The notes: generated from the sequence alone by a model not told the origin. Positions 37,501 to 46,185 are shown, counted from the stretch's first letter. The stretch is DNA of 58,349 nt from a virus (IMGVR_UViG_3300020044_008128:1-58349), one strand, 5' to 3'. Numbers and translations: made by a program.

Positions 37501-37663
37501 GGCGAACTGCCCCGCTAATAAAGCCAAACTGCCCTGCTGCGACCACTTCTCCAGAAGGTAGAACTGTCACGGCATACCCCGTATTGTCGAGTCCAGCCCC
37601 CACGGCGAAAGATGTGTCGGTAGTTCCGTCAGAGTTGAGAATGGCGATGCGGTCTGGAATCAT
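34580..37663 (-). CDS. Virion/receptor-binding protein: half delta-60 propeller, Ig-like (choice-of-anchor-D/ASH) domains, full 7-blade delta-60 propeller, FN3-like end
   Basis: Repeats ALALQ.DGKIL.GG.F...R.R.ARL; VRNIGLANL, SNDADEGSF, GLTVGQSYHFRA. Confidence 0.8.
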   Translation of the reverse strand: MIPDRIAILNSDGTTDTSFAVGAGLDNTGYAVTVLPSGEVVAAGQFGFISGAVRPKLAVIEANGTLVAGVPTPSAAVNTLALQAEGSVIFGGDFTSVSGTTRNRLARLLPDFSLEPAFNPNANGGVNALALQTDGKILAGGSFTSVGSTTRNRVARLYNGTAANNLYAVNANLIKWDRTGTSEETQRVEFELDTGSGYATLAGTISRTPSGWQIIPTSSLSGSTNNIRATAFPSDSHSEGIQQVTVSAPIDPEIQVEIDGAILTSGSGTIYFPSTQVGSSSIKTVTVRNIGLANLSFTGTHVTFSPTGQYTVVTQPIDPVLPSQFVTFDVKLTPTSSGTKTTTMTIHSNDADEGSFTVALSGAATPGPGSQDLSWQPVPNETVTTITQRTNGIIGLGGGFTSVGTQTRNRYAFVDSLGNVQAQSGAGVNGTVYCMAQLPDGKALIGGNFTTQHIRRINSDGSLDGTFTLSANDSISCMALLPNGSVLIGGNFTTLTLGTTVTRQRIAKIDFSSAGVASINAFSCTCSGGIYSILPQADGKILVSGSFSGIAGSSQRGIARLNSDGSIDATFAANVTSGGGMANLDASGRVLFSGSNYIAGVDKRGVIRLTTAGALDGTFTLVASSAEALSPQTDGTLLLGSANSYPVSTSKVERITTTGSNDSTFSAAATGMVQSLCVQEDGSLLIGGYFSLAGGGSQKAAKLINGTASTALSIVSNTAVQWLRGGTLPETQITVFDLSQDGGTTWSRLGQGTRITGGWSLTGISLPTTGILRARAYIQCGYLSGSVSIQEDQLSFSGVLAPDLLLQVPDGTTIADEDQTGYVAAIGGATLPISVKLVNAGTATLSSIVATLSGGTGDFSITSYPPSSISASNSDTLTLAFAPAIGVKGYRYVNLYVTSNNPGTKSTYNVQVNAAAVAVPTATTGAASAISGGSVTLAGTFTPNHIDSTAYFQYKLVSSSTWLTSTTASLAGFAPQAATKTITGLTVGQSYHFRAVIYNAVNTVTSIPTTGTTSTGPYIGAVVAFTA

Positions 37664-38490
37664 GGCGAGAGTATAACCTCCTGAATCAATTCGTCTAGCT
37701 TACTTTGGGGCATGGTAGTAAGCCAATGCTGGGTCATTTGTTGCACCATCGGATGCTCAAGCGACTTGTAAAGGTGCATCCATCCTCGGTAGTAGTTCTG
37801 GATTCTAGCACCATCGCCCCCTGAATAATTCCGCTTCGGCCAACAAAAACGGTGCATCCAGCCCATCATCGGATGGCACAGAACCTTGCCGCCTTGCTTT
37901 CGGACCTTCTCTGCGAAGAACCACTCCTCTGCTCCGAAACCTTGAAAGTCAGGTAGATTAGTCGGAAAGTGCTCTCTCCAGAAAGAGAAGCAGCCCATCC
38001 CTTGCATGGAAATTTCAAACGGCTCAGCCCCTTTGACTCCGGCTTCGTCCGTTCCCCAAGTGCCGAAGTCCTGTCCTCGCCATACGGGGTTCATGTGCGT
38101 CGAACGCGACTTCAAGCAGTTGTACACAAGTGGACCTGTGAGTTGATTCTTCGACCTTTGGTTTGCTTGCCACCACTCCAAAAGGTGGTCGATAAACCCT
38201 GTTTCCAAGAGAACGTGACAATCAAGCCCGAGCACAACATCACCTGTTGCGTGCCTGAAAGCGTCATATTTGACGAAGCTGCTGTGCCTATCTTCGACAT
38301 GAATCCACCGACTATTCGGGACTGCGGTAAGGAAGTGCTTTGTCGCTTCCAAATGGTCGCCTTTGGGGCTATTGTCGAGCACTAGAAACTCCGTATCATC
38401 AGGTAGTTTGTGGTGCATACGGAGCGACTGGATGGTGAAGAACACACCATCATAGTCATCGTAGCAAGCCATTGAGATGGTGAGCTTCAT
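37660..38490 (-). CDS. Glycosyltransferase family 2-like
   Basis: LTISMACYDD, FLVLDNSP, ATGDVVLGLDCHVLL, GMGCF, FQGFGAEEW, GGKVLC. Confidence 0.85.
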   Translation of the reverse strand: MKLTISMACYDDYDGVFFTIQSLRMHHKLPDDTEFLVLDNSPKGDHLEATKHFLTAVPNSRWIHVEDRHSSFVKYDAFRHATGDVVLGLDCHVLLETGFIDHLLEWWQANQRSKNQLTGPLVYNCLKSRSTHMNPVWRGQDFGTWGTDEAGVKGAEPFEISMQGMGCFSFWREHFPTNLPDFQGFGAEEWFFAEKVRKQGGKVLCHPMMGWMHRFCWPKRNYSGGDGARIQNYYRGWMHLYKSLEHPMVQQMTQHWLTTMPQSKLDELIQEVILSP

Positions 38491-39758
38491 GGCAGGACGA
38501 GTGTCGTATTATACCCTGATTCAACAACAATATACCCTAACTTTTGGTAGGTGGTTAGTGTGTGCTCCAGTTTTTCAGAAGGCGTGTTTGAGTTAGACTC
38601 AAAGAATATCTTTTTTGGTAGCCACGACTTATCCCGTGAATTGATAACAAAATCGCGAGCAAAACCATCTAGAATAACAGTATCGTGGCCCTCTGTATCA
38701 ATTTTCAAGTAATCGACGCTGCCAATATCGAATCTTTCATACAACCTGTCCAAAGTGGTCATAGGAACTTGCTCCCGCTGAAGTCGCTCAATCGGGAACT
38801 GCTTTGAGTTCAAGTATCCTTGAATGATCGGGTGGATGTCATCAATCCGCGTGCATCCAGCCAGCCACGTCGGAAGCTCATACTTCAGAATGTCCTCACG
38901 CGACACAAAGATAGCTTCACATACTCCCTCTCTATCTGAAACTGCCTCTACCAGTTTTATCACGTTCGTGGGGCTTGGCAGAACATCCAAGTATCTCCCC
39001 ACTGGCTCAACGGATAGTCCTCTAGCTGTTTGTGGTGCAGAGGCTATTTGAGTGTCAAAATCGCAAGTTCCAATTTCGATGAAGTCAAAATGTTGTTTTT
39101 CTTTCGGCCATTGCTTAAAAGGTAGAAGACCTGGTGTAACTCCTGAAGCATTCAGAAGCTCACAGCCAAGCTTTGCTGCGTACTCCTCGGCTTGCTTGAA
39201 TAGCCTGACCAGTTCTTGCTCTCCAAGTCGAAGAGGATCAGGAGTACCGTGCCCATAAAAGAAATCCGGCTTAAAATCTTTGAAGAAGTCTTCCCCCCAT
39301 TTAATTGCATCTACAGGATTGGCTCCCCCGAAAAGATCGTGAGGCGTAGGTTGTTTGGCTTCCCTCCATGCTTGAGTTTTGTCTTTATTATAGTCGTGGT
39401 CAAAACCTAGATGAAGAATTTGTTTTGGTTTGAATGCATCTAGTATCCAGAAAAGCCCTTGGAAGTAGAGCGTATATCCTATGTGGTACTCTGGTCGCTC
39501 AAACTGCATACCCAACTGCTCGCATACACGCCTTGGCGAGTCCTTGTAATCGTAATAGTTGATTATCTTTGCACCGTGATCTGAAGGAATGAACCCAGAT
39601 GAAGGAAAATCCCCTGAATGTATCCAGTAATCTAAGGTGTTTTTGTCAAAAACCCTCCAAGCGTTATTGATAGCACAAGTCGCGCTTACCGTTGAAGCCA
39701 AACTAGCCGCCTTTTTTGCGGATATACCGCTGCCTACATAAAGCACTGTATCAAGCAT
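38487..39758 (-). CDS. Fusion: Maf/DUF115 (GT29-like) domain + FkbM methyltransferase
   Basis: N-term VLYVGSG..CAINNAW..DYW..D..KQILHLGFD; C-term FIEIGTCDFDT, SVEP, DYLKIDTEGHD, IFFE. Confidence 0.75.
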   Translation of the reverse strand: MLDTVLYVGSGISAKKAASLASTVSATCAINNAWRVFDKNTLDYWIHSGDFPSSGFIPSDHGAKIINYYDYKDSPRRVCEQLGMQFERPEYHIGYTLYFQGLFWILDAFKPKQILHLGFDHDYNKDKTQAWREAKQPTPHDLFGGANPVDAIKWGEDFFKDFKPDFFYGHGTPDPLRLGEQELVRLFKQAEEYAAKLGCELLNASGVTPGLLPFKQWPKEKQHFDFIEIGTCDFDTQIASAPQTARGLSVEPVGRYLDVLPSPTNVIKLVEAVSDREGVCEAIFVSREDILKYELPTWLAGCTRIDDIHPIIQGYLNSKQFPIERLQREQVPMTTLDRLYERFDIGSVDYLKIDTEGHDTVILDGFARDFVINSRDKSWLPKKIFFESNSNTPSEKLEHTLTTYQKLGYIVVESGYNTTLVLP

Positions 39759-39761
39759 ATT

Positions 39762-42700
39762 TTATGGGGGCGCTGTCGTCGTGGTCGTAGTTGGCGGAAC
39801 CGTCGTTGTCGTTGTCGTAGTCGTCGTTGTCGGCGGAGCAGTTGTCGTGGTCGTTGTAGTCGTGGTCGGTGGGACCGTCGTCGTTGTAGTTGTAGTGGTC
39901 GGCGGAACCGTCGTTGTCGTGGTTGTCGTTGTAGGAGGAGCAGTCGTTGTAGTTGTCGTTGTAGGAGGAGCAGTCGTCGTAGTAGTCGTAGTAGTCGGAG
40001 GAGCCGTTGTTGTGGTCGTAGTGGTCGTGTTCCCTGTATCATACCAGTTCCCTACAACCGCTACTCTCCCGTCCTCAAGGAGCGTAACTCCATAAACACC
40101 CGCTGGATTTGAAACAGTGTCGATCTCGCTAGTGAATCCTGTATCAAGCAAACCAGAAGAGTCGATTCTTGCGAGCCAAGATTTAGCTCCTCCACCGATG
40201 TTAGCAAAGTCGCCCCCAACAATAATCTTGCCGTCGCTTTGAAGAGCTAGACAACGCACAAAATTATCCGCGCTAGGATCGAATCCAGCGTCAATCGTTC
40301 CGTCACTGTTTAGACGAGCGATATTAGCTCTACTCGTAGAAGCTATATAACCGAAACTTCCGCCGACAACGATCTTTCCGTCGGGTTGAACAAGAGCGCA
40401 CAAAAGGAATCCGTTCGCATTCGGATTAAAACCAGTGTCGAGAGCACCTGTCGAAGCGTCAACTCGGGCAATATAGTTGCGTGTCGTTGCTCCAATTTGA
40501 GTGAAATCTCCAACAAGAATAGCTTTCCCATCTGATTGGTGGGCAATTCCGTAAATAGTTCCGTTGACGTTTGCGTTCCAATCCGGATCGACAGCCCCCG
40601 GAGCGGTTGGGTTCTGTGAAACTCCGGTCAGACTGATGGTAAAGGGGCTTTCGTCGGCATCTGTGCTGGTGATGGACAGTGTAGCCGTGCGAGTGCTGGA
40701 GGATGTCTCCTCTCCTACAGGGTCAAAAGTTACTGTAAATGAAGTAGATACTCCACTTGCTAGCTCCGTCACGGATAGGGCCGAGGGTATATAGTCAGAG
40801 GCATTCGCCCCGCCGACGACTACGGCAAGCTCACGCAACGGAATATCATCGTTTCCTACGTTCGTTAGTATAAATGTATTTTCTGAAGGGGTATCAGTGA
40901 CCGTTCCAAAATTTATCGTATTTGCCCCATTGGTAAGAATAAGATTGGTTGGCATTTGAACCAACTCAACTTGGATATCAGCAGCTACCCCCGTCCCTGC
41001 GACGTTAATGACATAGGTCGTCAAAGCGTTGCTTGTGATCGTAATAGTAGCGTTTTTAAAGCCCGGCGATGTTGGCTTAAAATATACACTCCAATCGGCG
41101 GAGTTTGATGGGGCAATAGAAGCTGGAAATGCCTGAAAGGTGAACATGTCCGCTTCACCCGCAATTACCGAGGTTATAGTCGCAGAGAATCCTGATAATG
41201 ACTCTAACCCGATATTGTTCAGTTTAAGGGCTAGCGTGGACTGACTATTGACACTAACAGCAGGAGCGGTGCTGGCATCAGTGTATGGAGAACTGCTAGG
41301 TATCAAGGCTTCGCTACCTTTATTCACCACAGATAGTTCCGGCTGCGGGTCAGTGAAAGCGATGCAGAGATTACTTATGACTGAAGCAACTGGCGGAACG
41401 GTAACAGGTGGGACACAGACAAGTTTGGCGTAGTAGGTGACTCCGCGAGTAGCTCCAGTAATCACCGTAGAAGTGATGGTCGGTGGAGTATTGACGGTCA
41501 AATTTTGGGTATGCGTCCCGATGGGCAAAGCATTGTAGTTCCCCAAAAAGCCGCCGCCGAAATTTGGGTCGGTAGAGACGGACAGTTTCAGCGTCCCTGT
41601 CACTACGTTTGCCGCTACTGTTCCAGACAAAGTAAACCCCGTGGCTGTTTCTGCCGTTAAGCTCAGGTTGATGTCGGTTGGATTCCCTGCGGTGCTCGGA
41701 GACTTGACGTAAAACATTCGAGTCAAGTATCCGCCTTGATCGGGAGCTACCGTGACACGGGACAATACAGTAGCGGGCCATCTTGTCGGATTTGTAGCCG
41801 GATAACTCTGAGAGAACTGGGTGTCCCAAAGGCTGTAGCGATCATGCAAACATGCTGGGATATTGATTTTCAAGTCGGCTCCGTTGAAGACGATCTCGGA
41901 TCGCAACATTGGCGTCTCCTGCGGAATTAGTGGCGCAGACGTTGCCCAATGCGCCACATTGAACGTGGCATCCGAGTTGGGTACGGCGCATTTGTAGAAA
42001 GCTCCACCGTAGGTCACATAATCTCCGACGATATAACTGTGGCTGGCAATCCAAGGAGATGTCTGCCAGTTAGGATCACCACCGAAAATCGGTTTGGCCA
42101 AAGTCCACCGTTCTACCAAGGTATAGTCACAGGGGCCATCAAACGCATCGGCAAGCCAGACGGGCGACCAAGAGAAAGAAGAAATCGGGGAATAGATATT
42201 CCTTGGGTCACTGTGGATTGCCTGAATGTTGATATAATTTAGCACTCGCGGCCAAGTGTAGTTATCTCGGTAGTACAAGACTCGAGTGGAGACTCCATTA
42301 ACCGCTTTTCCGGCCAATCCTGCGGCCTTCTGCGTGGTTTTTACCGACCACAGGGAGTTCTGCACCGAAACATTACTGTAGGTTCCATCAGCGGCGACTC
42401 CGGAGGCCTGTGTCCCCGCTGCAACTTTTTGAGTTTTGGTTTCTTGGATCGTGTTGGTATCCAGATCGACGGCATACGAAGTGTTGACGGTGCTCGTCTT
42501 CTCCCGAGTCACTTGGACGGAAACATATAGACTGTCCAACTTCGGTTCCCCGATTCGCTGCTCTTGAGTAGCAGTGATCTCATAGCCTGTCGTATTGATA
42601 GGCGGATTCGGCGGAGCAGGGTAGGTCGTAGAGGGGTTTGCCGGAAGCGCACGGTAGTCCGCACGGGGGATGATGAACGTCTGGTTGATAGCAGGCCAAG

Positions 42701-42989
42701 GACCAGAATCGCTGATCTCCCAGTTGTACAGGTTTTGGGAAGCTTGGTCAGCTACGTACCACCGCTGATAATTGCCTTTCTCGTCCGGCTGCGTCTGAAG
42801 GCAGAACTTATGGTGGGGCCAAGACTTGAGCTTGGATATGGTATCGTGCGGAGTCCCATAAACTGGAATCGAGTCATTCGGAGACTGAACTACGTTGAAG
42901 TTCTCCACCACAAACACATCGGTGCTCGTAGGGTTGAAGGGAATCCGCTGCGAGGGCAGCAGTTTTGAGGCGGAGTTCGCAGTAGCCAT
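39762..42989 (-). CDS. Virion/tail protein with CBM-like insert, Ig-like domains, half delta-60 propeller and C-terminal mucin-like Thr/Pro tail
   Basis: WIASHSYIVGDYVTYGGAFYKC; LTNVGND, STDADESPF; 3.5 delta-60 repeats; (T6-10[AV]PP)x8. Confidence 0.8.
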   Translation of the reverse strand: MATANSASKLLPSQRIPFNPTSTDVFVVENFNVVQSPNDSIPVYGTPHDTISKLKSWPHHKFCLQTQPDEKGNYQRWYVADQASQNLYNWEISDSGPWPAINQTFIIPRADYRALPANPSTTYPAPPNPPINTTGYEITATQEQRIGEPKLDSLYVSVQVTREKTSTVNTSYAVDLDTNTIQETKTQKVAAGTQASGVAADGTYSNVSVQNSLWSVKTTQKAAGLAGKAVNGVSTRVLYYRDNYTWPRVLNYINIQAIHSDPRNIYSPISSFSWSPVWLADAFDGPCDYTLVERWTLAKPIFGGDPNWQTSPWIASHSYIVGDYVTYGGAFYKCAVPNSDATFNVAHWATSAPLIPQETPMLRSEIVFNGADLKINIPACLHDRYSLWDTQFSQSYPATNPTRWPATVLSRVTVAPDQGGYLTRMFYVKSPSTAGNPTDINLSLTAETATGFTLSGTVAANVVTGTLKLSVSTDPNFGGGFLGNYNALPIGTHTQNLTVNTPPTITSTVITGATRGVTYYAKLVCVPPVTVPPVASVISNLCIAFTDPQPELSVVNKGSEALIPSSSPYTDASTAPAVSVNSQSTLALKLNNIGLESLSGFSATITSVIAGEADMFTFQAFPASIAPSNSADWSVYFKPTSPGFKNATITITSNALTTYVINVAGTGVAADIQVELVQMPTNLILTNGANTINFGTVTDTPSENTFILTNVGNDDIPLRELAVVVGGANASDYIPSALSVTELASGVSTSFTVTFDPVGEETSSSTRTATLSITSTDADESPFTISLTGVSQNPTAPGAVDPDWNANVNGTIYGIAHQSDGKAILVGDFTQIGATTRNYIARVDASTGALDTGFNPNANGFLLCALVQPDGKIVVGGSFGYIASTSRANIARLNSDGTIDAGFDPSADNFVRCLALQSDGKIIVGGDFANIGGGAKSWLARIDSSGLLDTGFTSEIDTVSNPAGVYGVTLLEDGRVAVVGNWYDTGNTTTTTTTTAPPTTTTTTTTAPPTTTTTTTAPPTTTTTTTTVPPTTTTTTTTVPPTTTTTTTTTAPPTTTTTTTTTTVPPTTTTTTAPP
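39765..40029 (-). repeat. Poly-Thr/Pro coding repeat (T6-10-[A/V]-PP)x8
   Basis: Degenerate ACN codon runs punctuated by Ala/Val-Pro-Pro. Confidence 0.95.
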
Positions 42990-42998
42990 GTTAAAAAT

Positions 42999-43027
42999 AC
43001 ACTACTCTTTTTTCAACAGACAATCAA
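42999..43027 (-). promoter_or_regulatory. Putative leaderless promoter (TTGATT-N17-TAGTGT)
   Basis: -10 ends 9 nt before ATG 42989. Confidence 0.4.
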
Positions 43028-43566
43028 GGCTTGTAGTATAACTGGAACAACACTTGTGCCTTCAAACTGTCCGCGTCCGTATGGTTGGAAAAAGTGTAGT
43101 CGATCAAGGATCGGGAAATTCCTGCTTCTGACTGGTGGTCCATCTGGATAGAGTTTGGGCGAGTGATCTCAACCACAACACCTCCCATATCTCGAATCAA
43201 CTCTGCTTCGTTGTCAAAACGAACATCGTCAATGACAACTCCACGAATCACACCGCAAAGAACATCCCCCATCAAGGTTTCTAATCGGGCTTTGCCAGCC
43301 CTGATCCAAATATCCTGACCGACCATGTTTCGACCCCAATCGGTCCCAATGGACTGATAAACTTCACGTAGGGTTTTCCCGCATAATTCTTCGGGTCGAG
43401 CATCTTTATTGGTGACGTGCGTGAGGCATCGAACCATCGCTTTGAGTGGGTCGGCAAAGGACATGCGATCATACCCGATGGACAGGAACCCCTGAGCAGC
43501 GGTGGTTTTTCCAACTTGAGCGATGCCCGTGAAGGCTACAATAGTGGGCTTAGAATTTGTCGTCAT
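43024..43566 (-). CDS. Deoxynucleoside monophosphate kinase
   Basis: FTGIAQVGKTT, SFADPLK, REVYQSIGTDWGR, IDDVRFDNE, HQSEAG. Confidence 0.92.
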   Translation of the reverse strand: MTTNSKPTIVAFTGIAQVGKTTAAQGFLSIGYDRMSFADPLKAMVRCLTHVTNKDARPEELCGKTLREVYQSIGTDWGRNMVGQDIWIRAGKARLETLMGDVLCGVIRGVVIDDVRFDNEAELIRDMGGVVVEITRPNSIQMDHQSEAGISRSLIDYTFSNHTDADSLKAQVLFQLYYKP

Positions 43567-44413
43567 TTTTGGAAGTGAAGTATTGCCGGACGGCTCCGAC
43601 TATCTTGGGGTCAGCAGAACTTGTCCATGCCAATAAGCCGTTTGAGGCGATTTGTAAATCCTTTTCAGAATCAATTTTGGCAACCCGTTCTCTGCGCCCT
43701 ACATAGTCTCGATCCTCGGTAGTTCCGTGCCACTCATGGTAACATGTTCCCTTAACTGCTCCTGTGGAAACCCCCGCAAATGCGGTCCTCCATTTCTCAA
43801 ACAGAGTGTGGTTGGCTCCAAGATTTTGGTTGAACCCAAATGGGATAGCTTTACCCAAGAACGCCAAGCTCATCACCGTGTCTCCGGCCCCAGAAACCGC
43901 ATGGGGAAACAATCCTCCCGCTTTTTCCCATAAAGAACGGCGCATAGCCCATGCGAAGCCGGGGTGGCTTTTCCACTGGGCGTTCAAGTCCTCAATCACT
44001 ACCGAGGGCTTTCGCAAAGACAACTTCCCTTCTGGGCTGGTCCATACGGCATAGTTGAACATCTGGACGACTTCATATTGTTCCAAAGCGGATTCAGTGT
44101 CTTGGACCCAGTTGGGGTTGTCAAACCAGACATCAGAATCGATCCACGCCAAGTTGGTAAAGGTAAGGGAAATAGTCTTAGCTGCCAGATTGATTGCCGC
44201 CTCTTTTTGCCAGAGCATCTGGTTATGCGACTCAATTGGAACTTGCGTCCACCCAGCACAATACTTAGTTACTGGGATCGCTCCTTTTAAGTGCGCCTCA
44301 ACTCCAAATACCTTTACCCCATCTCTCTCCATCTGGCGTAAAAAGCGATGGAGGTTGGCTTGGGGTCTTTTGAAGTTCCCGAAGTTAAAAAAGCAGGTTA
44401 CGACTGCAAGCAT
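43550..44413 (-). CDS. GT-A fold glycosyltransferase-like protein
   Basis: LWQKEAAIN, AWIDSDVWFDNPNW (DxD), HPGFAWA, GAGD, HEWHG...R.Y..R. Confidence 0.75.
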   Translation of the reverse strand: MLAVVTCFFNFGNFKRPQANLHRFLRQMERDGVKVFGVEAHLKGAIPVTKYCAGWTQVPIESHNQMLWQKEAAINLAAKTISLTFTNLAWIDSDVWFDNPNWVQDTESALEQYEVVQMFNYAVWTSPEGKLSLRKPSVVIEDLNAQWKSHPGFAWAMRRSLWEKAGGLFPHAVSGAGDTVMSLAFLGKAIPFGFNQNLGANHTLFEKWRTAFAGVSTGAVKGTCYHEWHGTTEDRDYVGRRERVAKIDSEKDLQIASNGLLAWTSSADPKIVGAVRQYFTSKNDDKF

Positions 44414-44418
44414 AAGGG

Positions 44419-45030
44419 CTAGAAGACATCTTTACCAGAAGCTTTGCGAGCACGCATTTCTGCGAGCATTTCACCTTCCTTCATTCCTTTGGCCCAAGCT
44501 GGGCGGAGTTGGAAATGAGGTTGGTCTTGGATGGACGACCAATCTCCGCCCCACTCAAAACCGAGGTTTTTGCCAAGTTGCCCAACAGTCTTGTAGGCGG
44601 GGGACTCATCGATGTAGGCACCATGCACAAACACTCCAACATCGAAAGCCACTCCAAAGTTGTGGTTGGAATAGCCTCCGCGAGCATTCGTCACGATTTT
44701 GCCCGAAGCGGTTCGGCCTTGAGCGTACAACGAGTTCTGCTCGTCATAAGTCCGCAGACCCGAGATCAGCTTGATCGTGATACCGCTTGTGGCAGCTTTA
44801 CGCACTAGCTCACGGGCTTTTTCTCGCAGATTAGGGTGGAGAGTCGAAATGACCTTTTCGCTTCGCTCATCGACGGCTCCCCCCTGTGGTAGGACTACGG
44901 TGATCGGTTCTTCCGAAACGTTAGCCGGAAGGGCTTTGTCGAGTGCTGCCAGCGTCTTATCGCCCGGTTGTCCATCGGGGGTAACCCCCAAGCGTGTTTG
45001 AACTGTCTTGGTGAAATCGAGGGGACTCAT
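44419..45030 (-). CDS. Endolysin, M15 L-Ala-D-Glu peptidase with N-terminal peptidoglycan-binding motif
   Basis: VQTRLGVTPDGQPGDKT; GLRTYDEQNSLYAQGRT, SNHNFGVAFD, WGGDW..DQPHFQ. Confidence 0.92.
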   Translation of the reverse strand: MSPLDFTKTVQTRLGVTPDGQPGDKTLAALDKALPANVSEEPITVVLPQGGAVDERSEKVISTLHPNLREKARELVRKAATSGITIKLISGLRTYDEQNSLYAQGRTASGKIVTNARGGYSNHNFGVAFDVGVFVHGAYIDESPAYKTVGQLGKNLGFEWGGDWSSIQDQPHFQLRPAWAKGMKEGEMLAEMRARKASGKDVF

Positions 45031-45031
45031 A

Positions 45032-46000
45032 TCAATAAACTCTACCATTGATGATTTTGTGGTTGGTGACCTCGTAATTGCCGTCTTCCTGCGTGTCAAC
45101 CATGACGAAGCCATGATTCCAGCGGTTCACAATCGCATAGTCAGGACTCAGATCGCAAAGGCACCCTGTTGACCAACAAGAGGACAGCTTCTTGTTCAGA
45201 CCTGTGCTCTCGGTATGCTCGCTCGTTCGGTGCCAATGTCCGCAAATCAGCGATTCCTGTACACGCATCCAGATTCCTCTGGCTGGGTTCACCGGAGACG
45301 ACATACCCTGCGGCAATTCGTGTCCGTGGTAAATGGGCAGATCACCGAGGCGAATGAGCGTCAACGATGGAACAAGTTCAATATTGAGTTCATCAAACTT
45401 GAGGAGAACTGGCAACTCAAAATCACTGACTCCAAGAAGAACAGGAGCGTTCTTTACAAGGAACATTTCCATCCGCGCTTCGTGATTACCGATCTTGTAG
45501 AGGATTCGTGCATGGGGAAACTGCTTGCGTAGGTAGAAGAGGAACTGGCGGATTGCGTCAAGTTCGTCAGCCAAGGAACGGCGAGGGTCTTTGTCGTGTC
45601 GGCTCACCCCGTAGAAATCACCAATGTCTCCATTGAGGATGATGATATCTGGCTTCTTTTTCTTCCCGTAAGCTATGGCTGCTGCCAAGGCTACTTCGTC
45701 ATGGTAAGGGATATGGATGTCGGACAGAATCAACGTCCGCAAAGCCCCACTAAGGACTGTTGGTTCACGCTTAACCGAGTGAGTCTTCGGGATAATGTTC
45801 TTTTGCCATCCGAGCGGTCTGAATCCACTCTTATCTGCTACGTGCTTATTGGCTCCACGTATGGTCCTAACAACGTTTCGAGCTTCGTCCACGGTCTTGA
45901 AGACCTTTGGCATCTCTTTGTTCATTACCCGCGCTATCGTTCGATTTTCCGTGTCAGGAAAGCGAGCAATAAACTCGCGGGCAATTTGGGTCTTATTCAT
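45032..46000 (-). CDS. Calcineurin-like metallophosphoesterase
   Basis: SDIH, NGD..D, GNHE, YHGH, GHWH motifs. Confidence 0.9.
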   Translation of the reverse strand: MNKTQIAREFIARFPDTENRTIARVMNKEMPKVFKTVDEARNVVRTIRGANKHVADKSGFRPLGWQKNIIPKTHSVKREPTVLSGALRTLILSDIHIPYHDEVALAAAIAYGKKKKPDIIILNGDIGDFYGVSRHDKDPRRSLADELDAIRQFLFYLRKQFPHARILYKIGNHEARMEMFLVKNAPVLLGVSDFELPVLLKFDELNIELVPSLTLIRLGDLPIYHGHELPQGMSSPVNPARGIWMRVQESLICGHWHRTSEHTESTGLNKKLSSCWSTGCLCDLSPDYAIVNRWNHGFVMVDTQEDGNYEVTNHKIINGRVY

Positions 46001-46083
46001 AGATTACGAGGTATCGACAGAATCGCGAAGATCACAACGGCGACTGCCAATGACCCCCCAACCTAAAAAATCTGCGATGAGAT

Positions 46084-46182
46084 TCATTTGAACTGCTGGT
46101 AATAGGAGACGACTCCGATTGGGAAAAGAGCAAGTGCGACCCCACTAAGCCCAGCAAGGCTAAACAGTAGAAGACTTTTCAT
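46084..46182 (-). CDS. Small membrane peptide, 32 aa (not in ORF track)
   Basis: MKSLLLFSLAGLSGVALALFPIGVVSYYQQFK; in lysis region. Confidence 0.45.
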   Translation of the reverse strand: MKSLLLFSLAGLSGVALALFPIGVVSYYQQFK

Positions 46183-46185
46183 GTC

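Noticed and set aside
39765-40029. Possible CRISPR array or DGR repeat
   Set aside because: No constant repeat with unique spacers and no reverse transcriptase; it is a coding low-complexity tract
39781-40095. Poly-Val ORF on + strand and Arg/Leu/Gln-rich ORF 39734..40042
   Set aside because: Antisense and off-frame shadows of the poly-Thr repeat
44419-45114. Track start at 45114 for the endolysin
   Set aside because: Overlaps the phosphoesterase by 83 nt; ATG 45030 just after its stop is more plausible
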